Source of the DNA: Owenia fusiformis
Lineage: Eukaryota
DNA: 64,000 nucleotides
Assembly (NCBI GenBank): GCA_903813345.2
Contig: CAIIXF020000001.1
Coordinates: 2,046,001 to 2,110,000, forward strand
Direction: 5' to 3'
Shown: piece after piece, positions 1-11,419 of the stretch
Layout: every line of letters starts with the position of its first letter
How positions within the stretch are numbered: the first letter of the stretch is position 1
Program-made: the position numbers and the translations under genes
Notes under the pieces: generated by a model
The model's input: only the letters and a program-made list of their open reading frames with translations
Told to the model about the DNA's origin: nothing
The model's database searches: none

Positions 1-2
1 AT

Positions 3-1052
3 GATGAACAGCCTTCCCCACGCCAGCCACATGATGATCAACCATCACCTAGATACCCACATGACATGAGGCACCAGCAGGAGACATACAGTTCAGGTGA
101 TACATCTTTTGCTGCACATATGCTTGGCTTAGAGGGTTTGAAACGGGCTAGAGTAGAGGAGAAAGGTGGCATGAGTGAAGGGGGTGCTGGTTTTAATTCT
201 GCTTCTTCTTCGGGGCTTGCTTCGCCTCCAGCTCGCAAACGCTCCCGCAAGGGAAAGGCTTACAAGCTTGACACGCTCTGCTTACGTCTTCAAGAGCGTG
301 GTACTAACTCTCCCGAGGCTTCAGGTGATGAAGAGCCCCAGGATGCTGCTTCTGCTTCAGCTAGTCATAGTTCTACTAGTCAGACTAACACCACCATTCA
401 CGCATCTAATCAGCCCTCTGCCATTTCAGGTTCAGAGGCAGAGTCTGACTCCAAGCCAGCCAACACCAGCTCTGATGAGCCTATTGATTATAACGAGATT
501 CACAACAGTCTCAGTCAATTGAACAATGAGTCCCCAGAGGTTGGTGAGAAATTCAACCTTGCCCCTCGTGCGGCTACCAGTATTCGCAACCCCCTCTCCA
601 TCAAGAATGCCCCCAAAGAGCCCAGCGCTGAGGAAAGTGCCGCTGAGGCTGCTGCAACTGAGGTCAAGCAGCACTATGATCATCGCAAATCTATGATCAT
701 GCGCCACAAGGAGACAGAGGCTCCCATGAATGGACATCCCCACTACCCTCACACCCACCCCCATCTGCCACCACAACATCTCCAGAGGGAGCCACCAAGC
801 ATGGGTGACGTGAATCAGAACCTGCATATGCTGTTAGCATCCAGTAAATTCCCCAATGGATTCCACCCAGCCAAGAATGGTGGTCGTTACGAGTGCTCCT
901 TCTGTCACCTTGCATTCTTGGACTGTGTCATGTACACCATGCATATGGGTTACCATAGCAACAGGGACCCATTCCGATGTAACATGTGTGGGGTTCACAC
1001 CAAGGACAAAGTAGAATTCTTCTTACATATAGCAAGAGCTGCCCATGCGTAA
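3..1052 (+). CDS. hb: Hunchback, C-terminal part; the frame is open to the window edge and the N-terminal zinc-finger cluster lies upstream
   Basis: Frame 3 is open from position 3 (DEQPSPRQPH...). It contains the hunchback basic box RKRSRKGKAYKL and the terminal hunchback/Ikaros-type finger pair YECSFCHLAFLDCVMYTMHMGYH...PFRCNMCG...FFLHIARAAH. Confidence 0.92.
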   Translation, partial: DEQPSPRQPHDDQPSPRYPHDMRHQQETYSSGDTSFAAHMLGLEGLKRARVEEKGGMSEGGAGFNSASSSGLASPPARKRSRKGKAYKLDTLCLRLQERGTNSPEASGDEEPQDAASASASHSSTSQTNTTIHASNQPSAISGSEAESDSKPANTSSDEPIDYNEIHNSLSQLNNESPEVGEKFNLAPRAATSIRNPLSIKNAPKEPSAEESAAEAAATEVKQHYDHRKSMIMRHKETEAPMNGHPHYPHTHPHLPPQHLQREPPSMGDVNQNLHMLLASSKFPNGFHPAKNGGRYECSFCHLAFLDCVMYTMHMGYHSNRDPFRCNMCGVHTKDKVEFFLHIARAAHA

Positions 1053-3540
1053 CTTTGTTCACCTTGCACAATGTAGACTGGACTAAGTCAAATCAAATGA
1101 CTGATATGATGGGACATTCAACTGTTATTTATATGAAGGAGCTGCCAAAAGAATTAATATTATAAACATTCATCTTAACTGACACTTAGGTGCTTGATGG
1201 TGTCAAGATGCTCGATGGTACAGATTGCTTGTTAGGCTACAGTGAATTAAAAAGCAGTGTTTCTATGCCAGAAAATATGTATATATTCTTTATAATAGAA
1301 GAACATGTAAATATAACGTAGGCTCTCTCCCTTTAAAGCATAGATCTTTGCCTTTTCTAACTGGGTCAAAGTGAGTACAGTAAAATATACAAGTACATGT
1401 TTTAATTCAGCTCTCAAAATGCAGTCTGAAAAGGTGAGAGATCCACTCAGTTATTTAATCAAGTGGCCTATTGCATCCTGTAGTCTGCCCCTTTGCTTCA
1501 TGTTTGCCATAAGTTATAGAAATTAGTCATCCAAGCTGTAATTTTCATTCCATGGGTCCGTAAATGACGCATGTTTACGAGTATGAAAATATCACGAAAC
1601 ATTGTTTATTTAGATAGCCATGTTATTGCTGCCACCGTATGATATGTAATTACCATAGTGCATAGTGTAGTGTAGACATACAATTGTATTTATAGTGTAT
1701 TTCACTCATGTTTTAGTGTTCTTATGTATATCTATGAACAGGTAACATATGTATAATTTAATCCATAATTGAACAGATAAGTTTAGACATATTGTTGGGC
1801 ATAGTGAATTTGATGTATGCTTTCGCTTTATGATTCACAATTTTGATCGAAATGAAGTTAACTGGTTTAAGCATTACCCGGTGGATGTTATAGCATTTAA
1901 TATGCTAATTGATGTATTTCTACATTGTAAATAGTAGAATTAGTTCGCTTGTTAGGTGTTCTTTAGTAAATGATAAAAAGTAAAATTGCAGAGTCATAAA
2001 TGTAGTTGTACAATGATGAGCAAGACAGAAGCGATGCTTACCTTAATGTTGCTTATTTCGTAGCTTTGTAAGCGCTTTTAGTATCTGTTAAACATTGAGC
2101 ATCTATTTAGCTCCAGTCAAAATTGTTCGGGAAAATGCAGGAATGATATGGAAAGATTACATGCTCAATTTGAAAATTCAGAAGGGAATTGTTGAGTGGT
2201 TTAACATTTTGAGATTGCTGAATATGTACGTTGTGAAGACAATGCAATACCACATAGCATTACAAATCAATCATGCATTATATTTTTATTGACAAATCTA
2301 TTGTACTTTTGTACATAAAAGTAAATATTATTGAGACAGATATTATGTCTTGTGAAAATTGTATCACATTTGCACCAATGTCACGCATTTTGTGCAATAC
2401 AAATTGAAGATCTCAGTGTAATAGAATAAGACCCAATTGAGCTTATTAAGATTCTCTATCACTTTACTGTCTCATTTAATTGTTAGTGAAAACATTTTAC
2501 AAATTAGCATTTATGGATTTTAATTCCCGATTCCTTTTTCACACATTTAATAAGTAATCAGCATTAATTTATTTTTCTACCTCAAATTCAACCTCAAATC
2601 CATCTTGTACACATTTCTAGTTTTGATTTTTCATAAATTTTCTTGAGGTCTTCGCACATTTACTGAAATTACCAAAGTATTTTCTATTTAAATGATACAT
2701 TTATTGTACATGTTCGGATCATGTATTTATGACAAACCAACAACAGTGAAAACTGACATAATATGCGCTTTCAAATAGAATATTTTCATGTCTTAATTTA
2801 TTATAGTCCCAAGTATGTAGTCATATTAAGCTCATGTTATGTCAGGGATCACTAGGTTTAAAATATTCTACCTCACAACAGTATTGACGATTTGCATCTT
2901 TACACATTCAGCATTATTTTGTAATATAGTACTTCCTTATATGGAATAATTACCATATTAGGAAAAAAGATGACATCCATATAAGGTATGAAGATTGAAT
3001 GTAGGTTTAGGTAAAAATCATATGTAAATAGTATCTGGGAATTCTGTACAGTTTGACGTTTAGATTACAGGGATTGAACCGGTGCCGTAAAATGAACAAA
3101 CCAACATTAGGTTTATTGTAAATTGTCTTAATTGAACTCATGTATTTTTGAGTGATTCTTATGAAATCTACATAAAATAGTTGCATTTACAGTACAAGCT
3201 ACAATTCCAAGCAACTATTTCCTGTATATTTTATACAGAACTGTATATTGTACCATATTTATTATATAGCTATAGTTTTCTCAAACTTTCATAATCATTA
3301 CAGTATATTGACTTGTAGAGAATCCATCTTAACATGCAACTGAAGCAATATTGATAAAGAAATGACATTTTAGCTTATAAGTATTGTAATTTGATGGCGA
3401 TCACCTAAAACCATATACTCATTAATTTATTGTTATCTTCTACTTTTGAAGTTTGAATAACTAGTATATTCTGATCAGTGTAGAAAGTGTATGTTAAATG
3501 GAAGTAAATCCAATAAATAGTCATGTATAAATTATATCAT
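1053..3540 (+). promoter_or_regulatory. Putative hunchback 3' UTR with miRNA seed matches, Pumilio elements and a poly(A) signal
   Basis: AATAAA at 3512-3517 is followed by a T/GT-rich tract at 3541-3563. CTACCTCA occurs at 2577 and 2868, TCAGGGA at 2842, and TGTA[ACT]ATA at 1278, 1306, 1926, 2310 and 3023. The UTR end is inferred. Confidence 0.6.
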
Positions 3541-3819
3541 TTGTTTTTATTGTTGTTTGTTTTCCATAGTCATGAATTGTATATTGTAATAGACAGTATA
3601 GTCCAGTTACACCCCCTCAATAAGTTCAAATACCATACTCGTGTATAAAGGATAGTCCAGTTACACTCCCCTCCATAAGTTTGGTAACCCTGATTCCTTT
3701 TAAGGACTATTTATGTTTGAAGATTAATTCAAAAAAGCAGAAAACACCAACAGGCTTAATTAAAGGTACACTCCTTCCAACTCCATTGCTTTATTTATAT
3801 GGTTGTTGAAACCTATTAT

Positions 3820-6615
3820 CACGGGATGTCATCGCCTGATTTGGTCAATGTTAGGGAGCAGGTCGTTTTTACAATAAATTTCAATATTTTCACACAAAAT
3901 ATTTTTTTACTGAAAAACTGCTCATTCGCAGAGAAAATGTACTAGCACATGCAATGACAATGTCAATCACGCTTCTGTACGAAATTCGGCGGAAGTCTTT
4001 TATAATCTAATACGAAGTTACTAAAAAAGGCGCGAACGCCCTACACTCAAAATGATCGTTTTTCCATTATAACTTTTTAACGTAATTTAACGAAGGCTTC
4101 TAATTATTATCCAAGATAGTCTAAATACCGATTAAAATATTTCTTACTTCAAACAGATACGCCGTCTTTTATTCAATTTTTTAAAAAATAATAAAAAATA
4201 ACTCTTGTCAATGTTAGGGAGCAGTCAATGTTAGGGAGCAAAATGATTTTATCAGAATATTAAAAATGTAGCAAATGGCCATTTAAAATATGTATGGCAT
4301 TTATAAACTAAACAATATTGTTTGAATGATTATTTTAAACCCCTTGCCTTAACAAAATTTAACAAAATCGATAAAAAAATTGTTTTGCATTTTTGTTATC
4401 TTCAGAAAATGGACTCTCAAAGATTTTTGACGAAGGAAAGTTAATTATTATCATGGATAATCTCAGTACATATTGAAATATTTCTTACTTCAAACAGGTA
4501 CACCTTTCTTTAATTTTTTTTAAATAATAAAAAATAAGTATGATCAATGTGGCGGAGCAAACAATGCAGTGGGGCGAAATGGTTTTATCAGAATATCAGA
4601 GTAATTGGCCTTTACAAACATGTATGTCATTTATAAACTAGACAAGATTGTATGATTGTTTTATACCCCTTGGTATAAACCTTACAAGCATACAGTATTG
4701 CTCAGCACAATATACACAATTTAACCAGATACAATAATTACATGACATCTCCCTTTATTCATGATATTGTATTTAAATAAATGAGCTCATCTTTGTATAT
4801 AAATTATTGTTTTGAAATAGACCGGTAACACTTAAAGAAAGTCTAAAACTTTGTCCAATCATATTTTAGAAATGTTAGAATAATAAAACATTTTGGGACT
4901 TCACACATTTTCAACCCAAATATAGACATAAATTAAGCTGATTGTCTTTCAAGTATAGCTCAGCAAGCAGCACAAAAATTGAATATTAGGAAAAAATACC
5001 GTCACTTCTCTTGAACAACTAAAAATTCTTTCCAAAGTGTTATTTTTTCACCAATTACTAATTTGCAAATTAATCTGAAATGTCAAGTCCAATTTTCACT
5101 GAATCCTTTATTTTCGAGAAATCAGTTTTATAGTGTGTCGAGTCCGATCTTGCCCTATCGAATCCGAACTTGCCCCAATGAGTCCAACGGAGTCCCATGG
5201 TTGATGACTTTGCCCCATCAAGTCCCAACGTGCCCCATCGAACCCCATGGAGTCCCATCAAATCCCACCTTGCCCCATTGGTGTATGTTGGGCTTCACAT
5301 AACATGTGACCTGATCGGAAATCCCACGATGCCCCAGGGAAAGAATGAACATGTTCATTCTCGATGGGGCAAGATGGGACTCCGTGGGATTTTGCCCCAT
5401 CGAATCCCATCGAGTCCAACGTGGGACCTCATGGGACTCGATGGGGCAAGATTATATGCAAGTTGGGGCAAAATCCGACGGAGTCCCATTGATTCCCACG
5501 GACTTCATGGGGCAAAATCCCAAAAGGTCCCACTAGGTCCCACGCCATGTTAAGTCTATGGAGGTCCCAACTTGTCCCATTGGTGTATACCGGGCTTTAG
5601 AGTATCATTAGCAAGTGGTACACATATAACAGAGATCGGTTATATACTGCATTGTCTGAGTATTGACAAATTGAAGTATACGTGTAAAAATCTACTATCA
5701 TACATGTAACTGCGCAATGAGCCCTTCATAGCGTTTGTGCCAGCTATCAGGTGATACCCGGTCGTAAAGATAAGTGCGAGACTAACTCTCTTACTTTAAT
5801 ACTAGGAAAATATCAAATCATAGAACTGAAGGATGTCGGAGATTTCTCAAGCCTATATATCAGTTCAGATAATTTATCATCCACAATTTAGGATTGTGAA
5901 CTGATGACATCATCAAAAAGTGTATATAACGATACATCCATTCATTTACAGTTAGAGGTCAACGAATAAAGAAGGAATGGTTCGCATCTAAATATTTCTA
6001 AAACGAACGTAAACAGGATTTAGCTGAAAATAAAAAATGCAAAATAACCTTTTCAATGATTTTCTTACAATTTTAACGCTTTCCTCCCCAAAGGGTATCA
6101 AATAATCATACAAACAAAATTGTTCAGTTTATAAATGCCATACATATTTTAAATGGCCATTTGCTACATTTTTAATATTCTGATAAAATCATTTTGCTCC
6201 CTAACATTGACTGCTCCCTAACATCGACAAGAGTTATTTTTTATTATTTTTTAAAAAATTGAATAAAAGACGGCGTATCTGTTTGAAGTAAGAAATATTT
6301 TAATCGGTATTTAGACTATCTTGGATAATAATTAGAAGCCTTCGTTAAATTACGTTAAAAAGTTATAATGGAAAAACGATCATTTTGAGTGTAGGGCGTT
6401 CGCGCCTTTTTTAGTAACTTCGTATTAGATTATAAAAGACTTCCGCCGAATTTAGTACAGAAGCGTGATTGACATTGTCATTGCATGTGCTAGTACATTT
6501 TCTCTGCGAATGAGCAGTTTTTCAGTAAAAAAATATTTTGTGTGAAAATATTGAAATTTATTGTAAAAACGACCTGCTCCCTAACATTGACCAAATCAGG
6601 CGATGACATCCCGTG
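3820..6615. mobile_element. Non-autonomous DNA transposon with near-perfect TIRs of about 500 bp and CAC...GTG termini (CMC/Transib-like)
   Basis: 3820 to about 4310 is the reverse complement of about 6125-6615, with weaker similarity for a further 35 bp or so. ATTAT flanks both ends (3815-3819, 6616-6620). The subterminal motif GTCAATGTTAGGGAGCA is repeated. No transposase ORF. Confidence 0.85.
5135..5600. repeat. GC-richer modular repeat block inside the TIR element
   Basis: Many TTGCCCCAT, ATGGGGCAA and GAGTCCCA modules in both orientations; CCCATTGGTGTAT occurs near 5274 and near 5576. Confidence 0.6.
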
Positions 6616-8770
6616 ATTATACTTAGTAAAACAAATATAAGAAAATATTTTGGTTAGATCAAACTGATTTAAAAATTCAGTTGTCATTTCCTACTTATTA
6701 TACACAAATTAAGAGTCGGTGACATCACATTATATTTCAATATGACAACCCAGTTGAAATGAACAATACATTTTCAATGATCATATTCAACCTAAACAAA
6801 AACCCTTTTCATATTTACACATGCATTGATAGTTCAATATTGGCTCTCAAAAGGAATCTCCAGAGTCCAACAGAGAAGTTGGCATTGCCAAACTTTTGGA
6901 GGGGAGTGTAAGACAAGTACCCCAAACTCGCACATCTCTGCCCCATGCAACTAGAAACTAGATACTTGGTATTACAACATACAACTTGTATCAAGTCCCT
7001 GTGGACCCCCTAACATAGAAATATACACAATAAATAGGAAGAAGTAGCACAACCCTATGATGGACTACATTATTTAAATCGACTATGACAATCATTTGAT
7101 TTCAAAATACATTTAAAGATGGCGTATCAGTACAATGGACTAAAATGATTATTCACAAAAGCTTGCATTGAGTGACTCGTTGAGTCTGAAAAATAACATG
7201 AATGGGATGTAATATTACGCTCATCATATTATATTATTAATAACTTGGAACTTATAAAATACTAAAAAATAGATACTGTCTCATTTTTCAAGCTGCTCTT
7301 ATTAAATACAAGACACAACATTCCACGCATAACATGCATACCAAAACTACCATTGAGATAATGCATCTTTTATTACAATCATGTATATTATAAAAGAATA
7401 AAAAAAACTCCAGCATTAATAGTCCTTTATAGCCCTTAATATTCCCTTGCCCTACCCACCTTGTAAAGTAGGTGGGGTGGGGGACACAAGGGGGGGGGTC
7501 TAGCGACCTAATACAAGACTAACCTGCAAGATACACATCCGAGGACTGGGAATTCAGTACTAAAGTATAAAATCCAATAGCTCTGGTTTATGATTGTATT
7601 TCATTCTTCCAGTGATCATCCTATCCTTTCATATATGTAATTGCAAAGTATAAAAACTAATAAAATTCAGTCAACCTGATATGAAAACACATGTGACAAA
7701 CATACCTCATTTTATAAAAAGGTGCTCATTGTCATTTATGTTTGATTTCACTCATAAAATGCCATTAATGTACTCTTGTTAATTCCTGTAGCATTCAACG
7801 ATATTCCAATGGGCTAATATTCTGCAGTATTTTCCAACTATTATGTATATTAATAACTATTGTACCCAGTCATCATTCTCCATAATGTGATTACCAAACT
7901 GTCACTTTGTATCATTACAATCTCATATTATAAAAGAGGAAAAAATCAGGCAGATAATCAAGCCCCCGTGCCCCCCTGCCATAGCTTTTGTGCAGAGATG
8001 TTGCCATTTAAATAAAACCTTTTGAAAGTGATCTTCAAATTCTCCAAAAACAAATTGTTAACAGGGGTTTTCCCAGATTAAAAAATGTGGTACAGTAAAT
8101 CTAAATAAGTGTGGCAAAATGTTAAGTGAGGTTTATAACTACATTCATTTCCACAGATTTAGTTGAAAAACACGTCATTATATAATGTTAAAATTGCTGA
8201 GGCAGATGCCTCAACTACTTCATACCTGACTAGACACATGGGTACATTATGTAACTCAATGGTTTGCATCATTAATTTTAATACTGCTCACAAAGTCAAA
8301 GTTCAGTTTGTGTCAGTTTTCCAATGAGTAAGCCAATGGATTATATACTGCTCCCTAAAATCTATGATGTACAGAAAAACATGTCCAATCAAAACACTAA
8401 TGGAACTGGTCAAAAGTGTTGGATTTACATACATTAGATTTCAATGGTTTTTTAATATGGAAGTCTCTAATGATTAAAAATGGAACGAAAAATAGTGTCC
8501 AGATTGAGAATGGTCAGATTAGAGAGGTGTTCAGTATATACAGGTTTTAATGTACATCATTTGATTGCATTACATTGAGTGAAAATGTATTGTCTACAGG
8601 GTGTCAGAAATGTATGGCTTCCAATCCAGCACACTGATAGTAAATGTATATCTCAAAAATATACATCAATCTTGTATTTTTGAGCATCAGAATTTAAAGA
8701 ACTGTGCATAACAATTCTTGAAATTGTTCAATTATTGTGCAGATCTGATTATAAAATTGATTCTTGGGCA

Positions 8771-9004
8771 TCAGTCATTATTACTACTGCTTAAGTCCTT
8801 CATTGCTTCAGTAATACTGTCAGATGTGCCTGTAAGAGCCATGAGCATATGAGCTTGTTGCTGTTCTATGGGTAGTGCTCACTTCCTATTAATCATTACT
8901 ACTACTGCTTAAGTCCTTCATTGCCTCAGTAATACTGTCAGATGTGCCTGTAAGAGCCATGAGCATATGAGCTTGTTGCTGTTCTATTGGTAATGCACAT
9001 TCCC
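8771..9004. repeat. 118-bp tandem duplication of the end of the pinocchio-like coding region
   Basis: TTAAGTCCTTCATTG at 8791 and 8909; the copies align over about 115 bp with few mismatches. Confidence 0.9.
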
Positions 9005-9818
9005 CATCCCAATGTGCTTGGCTATAGGAATGTGACTGGAAAAAAAGATGACAAAGCATATGAATTTTTACAAATTCAAAGAAGACTTTTGACAAATACA
9101 TACATTAAAGTCTCAGTCGACCCTAGAACTACCACAACAGGCTAGCGACAAACTATCCTTGGGGGTTAATAATAGACACTTTGTAAAGTTAGAATTTCTA
9201 AATTGATGACCCTAGTTATAGTTATACTTTGTATGGAATAAATTATTTGAGTAGCTATATCATACCATATCTGTATCTCTGTTCCATATTTTATTGCACA
9301 TTCCTGAACAGATTGGACATGGTCGCGTCATTGGATGTCCCCCACATTCAGAGCATCCTGGACTCACACCTCCTTCATACCAACAAACACCACACCTGGA
9401 ATCAATCATTAATTAGAGTGAATGCCCAAACAGGTCACATGCATAGAGGAAGAGGGAATGCCTAGACTAGAATGAGGCCCCTTGGATTCAGGGAATCCCC
9501 AGCATACCCTTTTTGAAGAACATGCATTCTTGAAGAAGATTCAAGATGCATTCAGAAGAATGTATCTAGCTTGGATTGCATAACCTTGGAAAAATAGTAC
9601 CATATTGTATGGTATGGTATGGTATGGTATGGTATGGTATGGTATTGGCATGTATATCATACAACTTTTACTCACGTCCTACATGTATTTATCCAGCGTT
9701 GATACTCATCAGATTGTCTAAGTTGTTTTACTTGTTGTTCAGTCTCTACCTGGGCTTGCCTCTTATACTCATCAGGGGAGATTTGCTGAGCATAAATGTG
9801 TGGATTAAACTCCTCCAT
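8889..9818 (-). CDS. Pino: Pinocchio-like Cys-rich protein, 139 aa; coding exons 9818-9676, 9395-9266, 9035-8889
   Basis: GT-AG introns with compatible phases give MEEFNPHIYAQQISPDEYKRQ...WINTCRTCGVCWYEGGVSPGCSECGGHPMTRPCPICSGMC...SHSYSQAHWDGEC. This matches the CxxCGVxW...CxECGG...RPCPxCxGxC...SH...WxGxC pattern recalled for insect Pinocchio. Confidence 0.8.
9607..9645. repeat. (GGTAT)n microsatellite, intronic
   Basis: About 7 tandem GGTAT units. Confidence 0.9.
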
Positions 9819-10259
9819 TTGGTCTGGTGATCTGTCAACACTGTACAATTGCTTGACCTTTAAACAGCACTAGAATGTGTACAAGTACATCAGTAACAAG
9901 AACCAGTTAGGTTTTTGTCATCCAGATCTATATTAGTCTCAGTCCAGATTAAGAATCGATTCCATTGGGTTAAATCAAATCTGCTTATGTCTAACAATCA
10001 ATCAGCCACTTTATGTTCATTGATTCCAATTGTGGACTTGTATGTATGAAGATAGTGACAATGACATCAAACATGTATATAAGCTGAGTCTTCTCAAAGG
10101 TATCTGAAAGAAAAAAAAACAAACACTTGAGAACCCTTGAGATAATTTTCAATATAATTGCTATATGAGAGGTCATTCCCAAATGGTCACTAGAATGGTA
10201 CTATATAGCACCATACATGTATGTGGGCCATGCATATAGTACTCGTTCACACGTATGTA

Positions 10260-10580
10260 CTGGTGATCCACTCGATTACGCTGGTTCGTTTCAGTAACAT
10301 AATGTCGGAAAGTCGAAGCATGGGCTCAATCAGGTGGTAGAGCCCATGGTCGAAGGTATTTCGAAAAACAGTTAAGATCTGCACTTTTAACCCATACCGT
10401 TAATGTAACTTAAGTGAGGAATTAAATCGACGATTCTGTTGTCTTCTGAGCTATTTTTTCGCAAACATGTACATTTTCTAAACTATATGATACTGATACA
10501 CGTTTGTAAGAAAAAATGTCGTGGGGATTCTGCCTACAACGTGTGAAATAAGGAACCAGCGTAATCGAGCGGATCACCAG
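10260..10580. mobile_element. MITE with TA TSD (Tc1/mariner/pogo-type)
   Basis: TA|CTGGTGATCCACTCGATTACGCTGGTT ... AACCAGCGTAATCGAGCGGATCACCAG|TA. Confidence 0.8.
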
Positions 10581-10837
10581 TAGTGCAATGCAAGGAGAGA
10601 CACTCAATGGTTACTGATGTGTTCATTCGGATGCAATTCGGATTATAGTTGCACATCGATAAATTGCTAACCATGAGTGTCTATCCTCTTTCCATTGCCT
10701 ACAACATGAACCTGTATCAACTACTGACATCTATTGGGTGGTCGAACCTGGGGTCAAACCTGAAAGAATATTCACAATTCTGAAGTTTCTCTATAACTAC
10801 ATGGTGTACATGGTTATAAGCCCAGGTTTGCCAATGT

Positions 10838-11230
10838 AAAGTCCATTTCACTGCTTCATTTCGTCAGTAGAACGGCAAAAATAAGAAATTGGGAGACCAT
10901 TGTGCAATAATATATGGAAAAGTATATTCATAATGTACATGAATGACATTTGTATATTTCAGATTTTTTAGTTTTTTGTGCAATAAGCCTGTGCCGTCTT
11001 GTAATTTGAAGAATTTCAGCCATGTTAATCTTATTGAAAATAACATGGCAGAGAAACATCCAAATATAAGAGGCCAGACACTTTATAAGCCAAACTAGAA
11101 GCAATCCAAGATATACAAGTGTCATTCATGTACATTATGAATATACTTTTCCATATATTATTGTACAATGGTCTCCGAATCTCTTATTTTTGCCGTTCTA
11201 CTGACGAAATGAAGCAGTGAAATGGACTTT
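10838..11230. mobile_element. Foldback MITE with TIRs of about 120 bp
   Basis: 10838-10957 is the reverse complement of 11111-11230. ATGT flanks both sides (4-bp TSD); a TA TSD reading is also possible. Confidence 0.8.
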
Positions 11231-11419
11231 ATGTCAGCTGAGAGATGTCAGTAAAGAGTCAAGTTCCTGTGAAATACATTTGTCAAATAGCTTATTTTCT
11301 GCCTCTGTCCTCAAATAGAATACCATTAGAAATTACTTAATAAGATCACATATCAGATACCACCACATAAATGGTTAAAAGACATAATAACAAAAGAAAA
11401 TAGAAATGTCAAAAAATAT

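Larger units (their letters stand above)
3664..6908. mobile_element. Tc1/mariner-type MITE (about 440 bp) interrupted by a larger TIR element
   Basis: TA|CACTCCCCTCCATAAGTTTGG at 3664 and CCAAACTTTTGGAGGGGAGTG|TA ending at 6908: inverted ends with a TA TSD. Confidence 0.75.

Noticed and set aside
3820..3870. RSS-like (RAG) signal at the CAC terminus
   Set aside because: The heptamer reads CACGGGA and no ACAAAAACC-like nonamer follows at 12 or 23 bp.
5063..5553. Overlapping Pro/His/Gly-rich ORFs
   Set aside because: They arise from the modular repeat and show no transposase motifs.
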